Program-made: the position numbers and the translations under genes
Notes under the pieces: generated by a model
The model's database searches: none
Told to the model about the DNA's origin: nothing
The model's input: only the letters and a program-made list of their open reading frames with translations
Part shown: positions 33,806 through 43,390 of the stretch, piece after piece
Layout of the letters: every line of letters begins with the position of its first letter
Numbering within the stretch: position 1 is the stretch's first letter
NCBI GenBank assembly: GCA_963758915.1
Contig: CAVWXH010000008.1
Location: 1 to 64,000, forward strand
Source: an uncultured Methanomicrobiales archaeon
GTDB lineage: Archaea; Halobacteriota; Methanomicrobia; Methanomicrobiales; Methanospirillaceae
DNA length: 64,000 nt
Reading direction: 5' to 3'

Positions 33806-34777
33806 TTATGCTGGAGCTGTTGCAGGACTACTAACGACAAACGGGTACATACCCTCCTTTGTAGTCTCAACAGAGAATGTGATGCCATCAGTCCTTACAA
33901 CAATGCTGCCGTCTGTATCTGTCCGGAATATCAATGCCCCGGTATCTTCCAGGCGGATGAGGGTATCTTCTGCAGGAAAATTATAGGGGTTTCCTGCTCC
34001 CGCAGAGATGATGGCCGCTTCTGGGCGTACCCGTTCGAGGAATGTACGCCCTGTGCCATGAGGGCTCCCATGGTGAGCCACTTTCAGGACCTGGCTCCCG
34101 AGAGGGAGCCCTGAATGTATCATTGATTCCTCTGCTGTGGTGCCTGCGTCTCCTTCGAAGAGGATATTCACCCGCCCGTATGTAGCCCTGAGCACGATTG
34201 AACCCTCGTTGAGGTCCTGGTCAGGCCTCCCGTCCGGGGCGGAGAGGACAAGCAATGTGAGCCCCGGGACAGGCGTGATCAAATCCCCCCGCCTGACGGT
34301 TGAGTACGGGATATTCTTTCGATCAATTGTCCCGAGGAATTTCTGGTACGTGGTAGTTGTGTGCGGCATGCCGCTGTCAATGACGCTCCCCACATTAAAA
34401 TTGTTAAGAATATCCTGCATCCCCCCGATATGATCGCTATGCGGGTGGGTGGCGATGAGAAGGTCAATATCACTGACACCCTGGTCTTTCAGGTAACGAA
34501 CAATGCCGGGGCCTTCATCAGCCTCACCTGCATCGATCAGGATGGTGGTCCCGTTGTACTGGATAAGTGAAGAGTCCCCCTGTCCCACATCGAGAAAGTG
34601 GACCGTCACCCGACCATCATTCAGCCCGTATGCAGGTGGGATGGTACGGGTCCCCGCATGACTTCTGATAGTGTGAACGGTACATCCCGCAAAAACGATG
34701 CAGGCCAGCAGGAGAAGGAGAGGGAGGAGGGAGATAACTCTCCTGACCGTTAAAATGCGAGGCTTGACCGGGCTCAC
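33806..34777 (-). CDS. ComEC/Rec2-type metallo-beta-lactamase-fold lipoprotein
   Basis: Lipobox-like FAGC, FLDVGQGDS, THPHSDHIGG, LKVAHHGS and RTDTDG motifs. Confidence 0.88.
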   Translation of the reverse strand: MSPVKPRILTVRRVISLLPLLLLLACIVFAGCTVHTIRSHAGTRTIPPAYGLNDGRVTVHFLDVGQGDSSLIQYNGTTILIDAGEADEGPGIVRYLKDQGVSDIDLLIATHPHSDHIGGMQDILNNFNVGSVIDSGMPHTTTTYQKFLGTIDRKNIPYSTVRRGDLITPVPGLTLLVLSAPDGRPDQDLNEGSIVLRATYGRVNILFEGDAGTTAEESMIHSGLPLGSQVLKVAHHGSPHGTGRTFLERVRPEAAIISAGAGNPYNFPAEDTLIRLEDTGALIFRTDTDGSIVVRTDGITFSVETTKEGMYPFVVSSPATAPA

Positions 34778-36096
34778 GACTGGGAACGCCTCACCAGCTG
34801 AATGGCTGCTTCTGCGGAGCTCCGGAGTATATCGTCTTCGTTGAGCACATGTCGCTCATGCATCAGGACGCGACCGTTACAAATGGTTGTATTGACTGAT
34901 GCACCGCAACATGCATAGACAATGTTCGATATCTGGTTGTGAAGGGGTGTGTTACAGGCGGTACGGGTACTGATAAGGATAATATCTCCGGGAGCGCCGG
35001 CTGTCAGCGTTCCGGCACCGGTCATGAGTGCCCGCGCCCCGTTAGTGCCTGCCATGGCCAGGGCCTCTGGTGCCGGGAGGATTGTCGGGTCATTCCAGAA
35101 AAATTTCTGGAGGATTGCGGCAGTTTTTACTTCCTCTAACATGTCGAGGTTATTGTTTGAGGCACAGCCATCGGTACCGAGACAGACATTAGCTCCGGCT
35201 GATTTGAGCCAGTGATACGGCATGGCCCTGTGTGTCGCAAGTTTCATATTGCTTGCCGGGTTATGGGAGACGTTGACGTTCCTTTTCCCCATAAGGGCAC
35301 ACTCGTCTTCATCGAGCCAGCAGCAATGTGCTGCTATCGTAGAAGGTGTGAGGATACCACAATCGTCAAGATGGTAGGAGGGACGTTTTCCATGCTGGCT
35401 GATGCAGTCAAGTACTTCTGTTTCCGTCTCTGAAAGGTGGATATGGATGCTGATGTTCTCTGATGCGGCATATTCTGCGCACCATTTCAATCCTTCCGGG
35501 GAAACTGTGTAAATCGCATGAGGTCCGACAGCAGCCCGGATCCGACTGTTGTTCATGGATTTGACCAATTTAACAAGTTTTTCGGTAGCCCTGCATTCAG
35601 TTTCGCGTTTTTCGGGAAGGTTAAGGTCGATAAAACCATGGGAAAGGACCGCCCTGATACCTGCTTCATCAACGGCTCTGGCAGCATCATCCATAAAGAA
35701 ATACATATCATTGAATGCAGTAGTCCCGCTTTTTATCATCTCGAGACAGGCCAGTTTTGTCCCCCAGTAGACGTCATTTCCCGTAAGGTGTGCTTCAAGT
35801 GGCCAGATTTTCTGCGTAAGCCAGTCCTGGAGGACCATGTCATCGGCGTAACCCCTGAGGAGCGTCATCGCGGCATGGGTATGGGTATTGACAAGCCCCG
35901 GCATTGCGACAGAGCCCTTTCCATCGATGGTAACCTCTGCCTCGCCGCGATGTATTCCCGCGATACCTTCTCCGCATCCCGCGATTGTCCCGGTATCGTC
36001 GATAAAAATATCCCCCCTTTTCCCGTTTACAAAGACATCTCTGATGAGCAGTGCCCCGGAGTAATTCAATAGATCACGTTGTTCCATTCCTGTCAC
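34774..36096 (-). CDS. MTA/SAH/5'-deoxyadenosine deaminase (MtaD/DadD family amidohydrolase)
   Basis: PGLVNTHTH, HIHLSET, HNPASNMKLA and LGTDGCASNN motifs. Adjacent to an MTAP-family gene. Confidence 0.85.
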   Translation of the reverse strand: MTGMEQRDLLNYSGALLIRDVFVNGKRGDIFIDDTGTIAGCGEGIAGIHRGEAEVTIDGKGSVAMPGLVNTHTHAAMTLLRGYADDMVLQDWLTQKIWPLEAHLTGNDVYWGTKLACLEMIKSGTTAFNDMYFFMDDAARAVDEAGIRAVLSHGFIDLNLPEKRETECRATEKLVKLVKSMNNSRIRAAVGPHAIYTVSPEGLKWCAEYAASENISIHIHLSETETEVLDCISQHGKRPSYHLDDCGILTPSTIAAHCCWLDEDECALMGKRNVNVSHNPASNMKLATHRAMPYHWLKSAGANVCLGTDGCASNNNLDMLEEVKTAAILQKFFWNDPTILPAPEALAMAGTNGARALMTGAGTLTAGAPGDIILISTRTACNTPLHNQISNIVYACCGASVNTTICNGRVLMHERHVLNEDDILRSSAEAAIQLVRRSQS

Positions 36097-36767
36097 CCCA
36101 TCTTTTCAATAATTGTCGAAACCATCTCCCCTGTCCGTTCACTGAATAACCGGGCGGTGTCTACGATGTGCTCATAGGAGAGCACTTCTGTTCCAAGGCC
36201 GTTTGCGTAATTATCAACCGTGCAGAGGGCGGCAAATTCCATGTCGAGTTCGCAGGCGAGGGTTGCCTCGCTTGCCACCGTCATCCCGACAATGTCAGCA
36301 AACTGTGCAAGGGCCTGCACTTCAGCTGTTGTCTCAATTCTCGGTCCCCGTGTCTGCACGTATGTCCCGCCTACCCGGGCGTGAGGGAACTCATTCCCGA
36401 GTTCATTGACCAGTTTGTGTGAAATTACCGGCATTACATGGGAAATTGCATGGTTGTGGATTGAGGGAATATCAGATATGCTCATGTAATCGTCAGGAAC
36501 CATTATGGTACCGGGCTTAATTTCGGTTTTTAAGGATCCTGAAGACCCGAATGCGATAACCCTGTCCACTCCGAGGATTGCAAGCGCTGCCATATTTGCA
36601 CAGAAATTGATCCGGTGCGGCGGCATATCACCCTGGTGACGCAACATGATTGTCACATCCCCGGACAGGACTTCAACCCCGCCAAATGGTGTCCGGATCA
36701 CCTGTTTTTCAAGTGGCGGAAGCCGGGTAAAAAGGAGGCTTGTCCCACCGATAATCCCGAGGGACAT
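36093..36767 (-). CDS. MTAP-family purine nucleoside phosphorylase (methylthioinosine phosphorylase-like)
   Basis: GIIGGTS, RHQ..PPHRIN, GPRIETTAE, VGMT and VDNYA motifs. Confidence 0.88.
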   Translation of the reverse strand: MSLGIIGGTSLLFTRLPPLEKQVIRTPFGGVEVLSGDVTIMLRHQGDMPPHRINFCANMAALAILGVDRVIAFGSSGSLKTEIKPGTIMVPDDYMSISDIPSIHNHAISHVMPVISHKLVNELGNEFPHARVGGTYVQTRGPRIETTAEVQALAQFADIVGMTVASEATLACELDMEFAALCTVDNYANGLGTEVLSYEHIVDTARLFSERTGEMVSTIIEKMG

Positions 36768-36967
36768 CTATACAGCCTCCTGTATGCTGCATTCCCCGGC
36801 CGGTGCTACAACAGTCGCATTGAAACAAAAATTCCATTGCAGACGGTAATCAGCTGTACTTCGCATAATTCTGTACTGTTATTTCGGCGCCTGCTACATA
36901 TCCCTGTCCATTATAGTCAGGGATGGGTTTGGATACCGTAATACCATCAGGCGCTCTATTAATCTGT

Positions 36968-38140
36968 ATGGGCCTGTTTGAGACAGTCGATGTGGAAACA
37001 ATAAAACGAGGGGACTGTACCGATATCTATTTTCTGCGCTGCGAGGAGGTCCTTCGAAAAGAAGGAAAAAATCCCGTAGTCGTAATGGAAGTGACCGCCG
37101 CCGGGCTCCCTGATGAATGGGGTGTGTTCTGCGGCCTGGAAGACGTGGTTGCACTGCTCAGGGGCCTTCCTGTTACCGTCGATGCGATGCCGGAAGGTAC
37201 GATGTTCCTCCCGGACGAACCTGTCCTCCGGATATCGGGGCGATACCTGGACTTTGCACGGTACGAGACGTCAATTCTCGGGTTCCTGTGCCATGCATCA
37301 GGTGTTGCCACTGCAGCCGCACATATCCGGGTTTGCGCTGAAGGCCGCCTGGTATATTCATTTGGTTCGCGCCGGCAGCACCCGGCCATTGCATCCATGA
37401 TCGAACGTGCCGCATGGATAGGAGGTGTAGACGGGGTCTCAAATACCTGTGCACACCCGGACATCCCTAAATCGGGTACCATGCCCCATGCGTTCGTTAT
37501 GTGTCACGACAGCCCGGAACAGGCGTTCGCATCCTTCAACCGCCACGCCCCAGCGGACGTGCCCCGGATCATGTTATCCGATACGTTCTGTGATGAGAAA
37601 CGGGAGTCCCTTGTTGCGGCAGGCCAGGGTGCAACTGCTGTCAGGCTTGATACTCCCCGTTCACGCCGCGGCAACATGAGGGCGATTATCAACGAAGTGC
37701 GCTGGGAGCTGGATGTCCATGGATACCCTGGTGTGAAGATCTTCCTTTCTGGTGGCATAACACGGGAGGAAGTAATTGAGTACCGTGATATTGTCGATGC
37801 ATTTGGTATCGGAGGTGCGATTGCCAATGCCCCTGTAATCGATTTTGCGATGGACATCGTGCAAATCGAAGGGACCAGGTGTGCAAAGCGCGGAAAAAGA
37901 AGCGGTGTTAAACAGGTCTATGAACTTCCGGACCGGTATCATATTGTTCTCCCTGAAGATGCCCCGGCTCCTGCCCATGCGAAACCTCTCCTGATCCGGT
38001 ACCTGACAAACGGCAACGTGACTACGGGCAGTGATTTTAAGGATGCACGGCAACGTTTTCTGGGTTCATTTGAACCACCCGGGTGTACCTGCGGGTCACA
38101 TGAATGCAGGGAAGGGCATGACCATCAGAGCGCGTTATGA
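36968..38140 (+). CDS. pncB: Nicotinate phosphoribosyltransferase
   Basis: TDIYF, SFGSRRQHP, GTMPHA, VRLDTP and FGIG motifs. Confidence 0.9.
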   Translation: MGLFETVDVETIKRGDCTDIYFLRCEEVLRKEGKNPVVVMEVTAAGLPDEWGVFCGLEDVVALLRGLPVTVDAMPEGTMFLPDEPVLRISGRYLDFARYETSILGFLCHASGVATAAAHIRVCAEGRLVYSFGSRRQHPAIASMIERAAWIGGVDGVSNTCAHPDIPKSGTMPHAFVMCHDSPEQAFASFNRHAPADVPRIMLSDTFCDEKRESLVAAGQGATAVRLDTPRSRRGNMRAIINEVRWELDVHGYPGVKIFLSGGITREEVIEYRDIVDAFGIGGAIANAPVIDFAMDIVQIEGTRCAKRGKRSGVKQVYELPDRYHIVLPEDAPAPAHAKPLLIRYLTNGNVTTGSDFKDARQRFLGSFEPPGCTCGSHECREGHDHQSAL

Positions 38141-38251
38141 AACGGCACGGTGGGCCGCAGGGGTATCAGAAAGGATTATACCGAAATTACCGGCGAATTC
38201 CTGCACCCCGAAACAATTCTTTTAACTGATGGCATCCCATACTGATAGAGC

Positions 38252-38291
38252 GGGCCGGTTGACCAGGCGTATATCGCTACCCTGGCATGGT
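38252..38291 (+). pseudogene. Degenerate 5' half of a tRNA-Ala(GGC)
   Basis: GGGCCGGTTGACCAGGCGTATATCG-CTACC-CTGGCAT-GGT resembles tRNA-Ala positions 1-41. Confidence 0.55.
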
Positions 38292-38340
38292 GCAAACCAA
38301 AACGACCCTGTATCATACAATTGTGGTAGGCAATTGTAAC

Positions 38341-38412
38341 GGGCTGGTGGTAAAGTGGTATTACGCACCCTTGGCATGGGTGAGGCCGCGGGTTCAATTC
38401 CCGCCCAGTCCA
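38341..38412 (+). tRNA. tRNA-Ala(GGC)
   Basis: GGGCTGG/CCAGTCC acceptor stem with G3:U70, CACCC-TTGGCAT-GGGTG anticodon arm, GCGGG-TTCAATT-CCCGC T arm. Confidence 0.93.
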
Positions 38413-38418
38413 TATTCA

Positions 38419-38458
38419 GGCATGGTAGAGGTCGTGGGTTTAATTCCCGCCTTTCCCA
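38419..38458 (+). pseudogene. Degenerate 3' half of a tRNA-Ala(GGC)
   Basis: GGCATGGTAGAGGTCGTGGGTTTAATTCCCGCCTTTCCCA aligns with the 3' half of the intact tRNA. Confidence 0.65.
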
Positions 38459-38535
38459 TTATTCTTTTTAACATAGTCATAATTTCTGGCATTATATTTT
38501 ATAGGGTTATATGCAAAGGGTATGACTGAACACTC

Positions 38536-39165
38536 ATGCGCATCCGTGATTTGATACTCCCTGAAGACAGGGTTTTTTTTACCCTTTTCAAGGACATGGC
38601 GGGAAAAATCAGCGAAGCCGCAGAGGTCCTCAATGAGATCACCCACGAGCTTCCCGGGGGCACGGAAAAAGGGCACAAGATCCGCCAGCTCGAACACCTT
38701 GCTGACGAGGTGACCCGCCAGATCTATGAAAAACTGAACGAGTCCCTCATTACCCCCCTTGAACCGGATGAAATTGCACGACTTGCGCCGGCCCTTGATG
38801 ACGTGATGGACCGTATTGACCGGGTCACACACCAGATCTGTAATTATGGTATCCCGGGGTCCAACGACCTGCTGAAGGAATTTTCCTACCTGATGATCCT
38901 CTCGAGTGCGGAGATTTCACATGCAATCGATGACCTTGCGACCCTGAAAAAAGCCGATGAAATTGCACTGCATGCCAGCGAGACGAACCGCCTGTATAAT
39001 CTCTCCACTGAACTGCTGTCGCGGTCGGTGATCGAGTTGTTCAGGACGGATGATCTGCTCCTGATAATAAAACTCAAGGATATCTATGAAGGGATGGCAA
39101 GGGTCATGGAAATGTATAACGATGTCGCCCATGTCCTGAGCGATATTGCGCGCAGTCATACCTGA
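38536..39165 (+). CDS. DUF47/PhoU-like phosphate transport regulator (copy 1)
   Basis: LEHLADEV, ITPLEPDEI, LDDVMD and KLKDIYE motifs. Directly upstream of a PiT gene. Confidence 0.9.
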   Translation: MRIRDLILPEDRVFFTLFKDMAGKISEAAEVLNEITHELPGGTEKGHKIRQLEHLADEVTRQIYEKLNESLITPLEPDEIARLAPALDDVMDRIDRVTHQICNYGIPGSNDLLKEFSYLMILSSAEISHAIDDLATLKKADEIALHASETNRLYNLSTELLSRSVIELFRTDDLLLIIKLKDIYEGMARVMEMYNDVAHVLSDIARSHT

Positions 39166-39171
39166 GTCAGA

Positions 39172-40362
39172 ATGGAACCCTTCGTCCTGTTTGGTATTAT
39201 CCTTGCGCTGGCCCTTAACTTTGTGAACGGGTTAAATGATGCCTCGCATTCAATCGCGACGGTTGTTGCAACGAGGGCACTCTCCCCGGGAAAAGCCGTT
39301 TTTTCAACCGCTGTATGTAACCTTGTCGGACCTTTTTTGTTTTCCACGGCAGTAGCAGCTACTATCGGGACTGCTATTGTGAACGAAAATGGTCTGACCC
39401 CGTTATCCATCGTGGTCGCGATGGGTGCTGCCATTATCCTTGTTTTTGTTGCGACCCGGTCAGGAATCCCGATTTCAAGCAGCCATGCAATGGTGGGGGG
39501 CCTGCTTGGTTCAGCAATGGCGGTAGCAGGGCTGTCTGCCATTATCCTTCCTGGCTGGGACATGGTACTCCAGGTCGCTATCTATGGGTTAATCGGGGCC
39601 GTAACAGGGGCTATCATTCTTGGCCTGGTAACCGCCACATTCCACGAGGATGTCCAGATGGGTATCGTGCTTGGGGGAGTTTGCGGCTTTTGTTTGATTA
39701 TCCCGTTCCTGATGCTCGCTGGTGTCCTTACAATCTCCGGGCTTTTTGCTATTGTACTATTTATATTCATCTCCCCGGTGTTTGCAATGACCGGGGCTTT
39801 CATCTTCGATATTATCGTATCCCAGTTATTCAAACATTCACGGCAGAACCGGATGAAACGAATATTCCAGCCCCTCCAGGTAGTCGCATGCTTCGCGCAG
39901 GCCACGGCTCACGGTGCCAATGACGGCCAGCATGCAGTCGGTATTATTACTGCCCTGCTGGTATCCGCAGGGGTCCTGGCAACCTTTGATGTGCCTACAT
40001 GGGTACTCCTCGCATCAGCAATTGCAATCGCCCTTGGCACCTGTTTCGGTGGCTGGGAGGTAGTAGACAAAATGGCAAAAGGTATCACCAAAATCCGCCC
40101 GTACCAGGGTTTTTGTGCCGCAACGGTCAGTAGTGCTATCCTCGTCGGGGTGACAGAACAGGGAATTCCTGTCTCCTCCACCCATGCCATAAATGGTGCG
40201 ATAATCGGGGTAGGTGCGACACGGGGTAAAAATGCCGTGCAATGGAAGGCCGTTCGGGAGATGATGACAGCGTGGATTATCACGATACCGATTGCCATAG
40301 TCTTCGCCTGGGTCGGATATTACGTCGTCGCTTTTTCGATCAGCTTACTTTTTTCCGGCTGA
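39172..40362 (+). CDS. Inorganic phosphate transporter, PiT family (copy 1)
   Basis: NGLNDASHSIAT, PISSSHA, HGANDGQ and PVSSTH motifs. Confidence 0.92.
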   Translation: MEPFVLFGIILALALNFVNGLNDASHSIATVVATRALSPGKAVFSTAVCNLVGPFLFSTAVAATIGTAIVNENGLTPLSIVVAMGAAIILVFVATRSGIPISSSHAMVGGLLGSAMAVAGLSAIILPGWDMVLQVAIYGLIGAVTGAIILGLVTATFHEDVQMGIVLGGVCGFCLIIPFLMLAGVLTISGLFAIVLFIFISPVFAMTGAFIFDIIVSQLFKHSRQNRMKRIFQPLQVVACFAQATAHGANDGQHAVGIITALLVSAGVLATFDVPTWVLLASAIAIALGTCFGGWEVVDKMAKGITKIRPYQGFCAATVSSAILVGVTEQGIPVSSTHAINGAIIGVGATRGKNAVQWKAVREMMTAWIITIPIAIVFAWVGYYVVAFSISLLFSG

Positions 40363-40371
40363 TAAAACCGC

Positions 40372-40632
40372 CGCTTTGTAAATATCTTTCGGTATGATAA
40401 AAATATAAGAGGGAAATACGAAGACTGGAGGGGGTTTCACCCCCTCACTGCCCACCCCCATTAAGATATTCTTTGGGCAGGGTTTTTCGAAGGCTCATTA
40501 AATTCAGAGTATTGGAGGACAGTCTCTAACCCACCCGGGGTCGCCAAAGCGGCGGGCCATGAGCCCCGGGAGCATGACGAAATTTTGGAATTACCAGTCT
40601 GTAAGATAGATTTGAGAGGGTTTCCCATGAAA
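40372..40632 (+). mobile_element. MITE-like repeat copy 4 (degenerate termini)
   Basis: Core closely matches copies 3 and 6 (GAGGGGGTTTCACCCC...GGGCAGGGTTTTTCGAAGGCTCATTAAATTCAGAGTATT). Begins ~10 bp after the PiT stop. Confidence 0.85.
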
Positions 40633-40777
40633 ATGACAAAACGGACCCCAACATATGGAAATTTTGAACGAGGCATTTTTATGGCCCTGGTGTGAACGTC
40701 CTGTTCATGTGTGTTTCTACAGAGCGAAAACCGCCATATTTTTTTACCTTCCCTCTCCAGTACCAGAATAGATCATT

Positions 40778-41407
40778 ATGGGTTTGCGCGAGTTACTGAT
40801 TCCTCAGGATAAGATATTTTTTGACCTTTTTGAGCGGCAGGTTGCGATTGTTACAGAAAGTGCCAATCAACTTGTCGCGCTCACTGAGAATTTTACCAAC
40901 GTGAAAGAAAAATGCCATGCAATAGAACTACTGGAGCACCAGGGCGACCAGGTCACCCATGATATCTACGAGACCCTCAACAAGACATTTATCACCCCGC
41001 TTGACCCTGAAGAAATTTCCGGTCTCGCTTCAGCTCTTGATGACATACTGGACTATATTGACGGTTCGGCAGAGAAAATGCTCTATTATGGAATTGAATC
41101 AACCGATTCCCCTATCATCGAACTTTCAAAGCTGATACAACTCTCGGTAATTGAAATTGAAGGGGCCGTCAAAGGTATCCGGGCAATTTCCAACCCTAAA
41201 TACATTGAAGCGCGTTGTATCGAGGTAAACCGTCTTGAAAACCTGGCCGATGACGTACTTGCCCATGCAATTATGGACCTGTTCAAGTCTAATGATGCGA
41301 TTACCATCATCAAGTATAAAGATATTTATGAGCACCTTGAGACCGCGACGGACCATTGTGAAGATGTGGCGAACGTACTTTCAGATATCGCAATACGGCA
41401 TTCTTAA
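40778..41407 (+). CDS. DUF47/PhoU-like phosphate transport regulator (copy 2)
   Basis: LEHQGDQV, TFITPLDPEEI, ENLADD and KDIYEHLE..TDHCED motifs. Confidence 0.92.
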   Translation: MGLRELLIPQDKIFFDLFERQVAIVTESANQLVALTENFTNVKEKCHAIELLEHQGDQVTHDIYETLNKTFITPLDPEEISGLASALDDILDYIDGSAEKMLYYGIESTDSPIIELSKLIQLSVIEIEGAVKGIRAISNPKYIEARCIEVNRLENLADDVLAHAIMDLFKSNDAITIIKYKDIYEHLETATDHCEDVANVLSDIAIRHS

Positions 41408-41436
41408 CGAACCCGGATAAGTCCCTGAGGAGCACC

Positions 41437-42465
41437 ATGATTCCAGCACCTGAAATTCTCATCCTGTTCATTATATTCATAGCCCTTGTTTTCGATTTTA
41501 CAAACGGCTTTCATGATTCGGCAAATTCCATCTCCACGGTAGTCTCAACGAAGGTTCTCTCACCCAGGAATGCAGTCATATTTGCAGCTTTTTTCAATTT
41601 TATAGCAGTATTCGGGTTTGGTGTAGCCGTTGCAAATACTATTAGTAAAACTATCAATCTTGATTCTGTTCCAGCCGATGTAATTCCGTGGATCATACTT
41701 TCGGCGCTTGCCGGAGCAATCATCTGGAATATCATTACATGGTTGATCGGTCTCCCCACTTCTTCGTCTCACGCCCTTATCGGTGGTCTGATGGGGGCGG
41801 GCCTTTCTGCAGCCGGGATAGCTGCCATCCATTGGTCAACCATCGGGCTGGTCGTGACTTTTATGATTCTCTCCCCGCTGATTGGTCTTACCGTCGGGTT
41901 TGCATTTATGGCGGTAGTCCTCTGGTTTACGCGATCAGTCCATAAAATGACCGCAGATAGTTATTTTAAAAAATTGCAGCTCTGTTCCGCAGCGGCATAC
42001 AGCTTTTCACATGGGACCAACGATGCCCAGAAGACCATGGGGATTATTACACCCCTGTTGTTCAGTATCGGGTACTATGGGGCGACTGTAAACCCGGAAT
42101 CCCTGCCGGTCCCGCTCTGGGTCATTTTGATTTGCTATGCTGCAATTGCCCTTGGCACGCTTTCAGGTGGGTGGCGGATCGTAAAAACCATGGGGTATAA
42201 AATCACCCGTCTCAGGCCGGTGCACGGTTTTGCTTCTGAAACGGCAAGCGCAGGGACGATTATCGGGGCTTCCATGCTTGGGATCCCGGTAAGCACTACC
42301 CAGGTGATATGTGCGTCCATCATGGGTGTGGGGTCCACGACCGGGTCAAGCGTTGTAAAATGGGGTGTGGCACGGAGCATTATGTGGGCATGGATTTTTA
42401 CCATTCCGATCAGTGCCATCATCGGTTTCATTGTTTTCTTCGGGTTCCGGATTATTGCTAGTTAA
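41437..42465 (+). CDS. Inorganic phosphate transporter, PiT family (copy 2)
   Basis: NGFHDSANS, LPTSSSHA, HGTNDAQK and PVSTTQ motifs. Confidence 0.93.
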   Translation: MIPAPEILILFIIFIALVFDFTNGFHDSANSISTVVSTKVLSPRNAVIFAAFFNFIAVFGFGVAVANTISKTINLDSVPADVIPWIILSALAGAIIWNIITWLIGLPTSSSHALIGGLMGAGLSAAGIAAIHWSTIGLVVTFMILSPLIGLTVGFAFMAVVLWFTRSVHKMTADSYFKKLQLCSAAAYSFSHGTNDAQKTMGIITPLLFSIGYYGATVNPESLPVPLWVILICYAAIALGTLSGGWRIVKTMGYKITRLRPVHGFASETASAGTIIGASMLGIPVSTTQVICASIMGVGSTTGSSVVKWGVARSIMWAWIFTIPISAIIGFIVFFGFRIIAS

Positions 42466-42512
42466 GCGGGGAGGAATCCGGATTTATGTTTTATTAGGGC
42501 AATCTGAGCCGG

Positions 42513-43214
42513 TTAACAATTTTCGGGTTTAATCATAAATAGGTGCCTTAATTCCGGTATTCCCGCATTATTTTGTATAAATGAACCGCAATAATAGCGG
42601 CATAACTGCCTGATGCTGCATACCTCGCATTTTGGTCGCCTGGCAATGCAGATCTTCCGGCCGTGGCTGATCATAAGGTCAGTTAGTTTTCCCCATTCTT
42701 TTTTTGGGAACAGGGCCATAAGGTCCTGTTCAACACCTGCCGCATCGCTGTAATTTGAAAATCCAATACGTTGTGAAAGCCTGAGTACATGGGTGTCAAC
42801 CGCTACACCCTCTCGTTTCCCGAATGAATGATAGAGGACTATATTAGCGGTCTTTCGCCCGACCCCGGGTATCATGAGCAGGTACTCCATGGTATCAGGT
42901 ACCTTCCCCCCATACTCGCGTACAAGCATCGCGGAAGCATCAATAATCCGCCTCGCTTTCATATGGAAAAATCCTGTCTTGTGGATGATCTTCTCGACTT
43001 CGTCTATCCGGGCTTCTGCCAGTAACTCCGGGGTCGGGTAACGCGAGAACAGTGGTCCGATAACTTCGTCCACGGATTTATCGGTGGTCTGTGCGGACAG
43101 GATTGTTGCAATAAGGGATTCAAATGGCGGGGCGCCGGCCCTGTGATGGGTGCTGGCCTCAGGGTACTGGATATCAAGGATCCGGTAGATGTTCCCTGCT
43201 GTTTTCCTGTCCAT
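42513..43214 (-). CDS. nth: Endonuclease III
   Basis: ILSAQTTD, PGVGRKTAN, VDTHV and C-x6-C-x2-C-x5-C Fe-S motif. Confidence 0.95.
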   Translation of the reverse strand: MDRKTAGNIYRILDIQYPEASTHHRAGAPPFESLIATILSAQTTDKSVDEVIGPLFSRYPTPELLAEARIDEVEKIIHKTGFFHMKARRIIDASAMLVREYGGKVPDTMEYLLMIPGVGRKTANIVLYHSFGKREGVAVDTHVLRLSQRIGFSNYSDAAGVEQDLMALFPKKEWGKLTDLMISHGRKICIARRPKCEVCSIRQLCRYYCGSFIQNNAGIPELRHLFMIKPENC

Positions 43215-43252
43215 ATTCGCCGCCTTAATGTTTGAAAAAAATCTGAAAAGAA

Positions 43253-43327
43253 TGGGGTAGGGCGGATTCGAACCGCCGTCAAAGCGTCCCAAACGCTCTA
43301 GGATGGACCAGGCTACCCTACTACCCC
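43253..43327 (-). tRNA. tRNA-Pro(TGG)
   Basis: GGGGTAG acceptor stem, GAGCG-TTTGGGA-CGCTT anticodon arm, GGTTCGAATCC T arm. Confidence 0.95.
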
Positions 43328-43390
43328 GGGTACTGGATCTACAGGTGTGACGGGAGTGTACAAATAATTACCGGTTATTTTCTATCCTGA

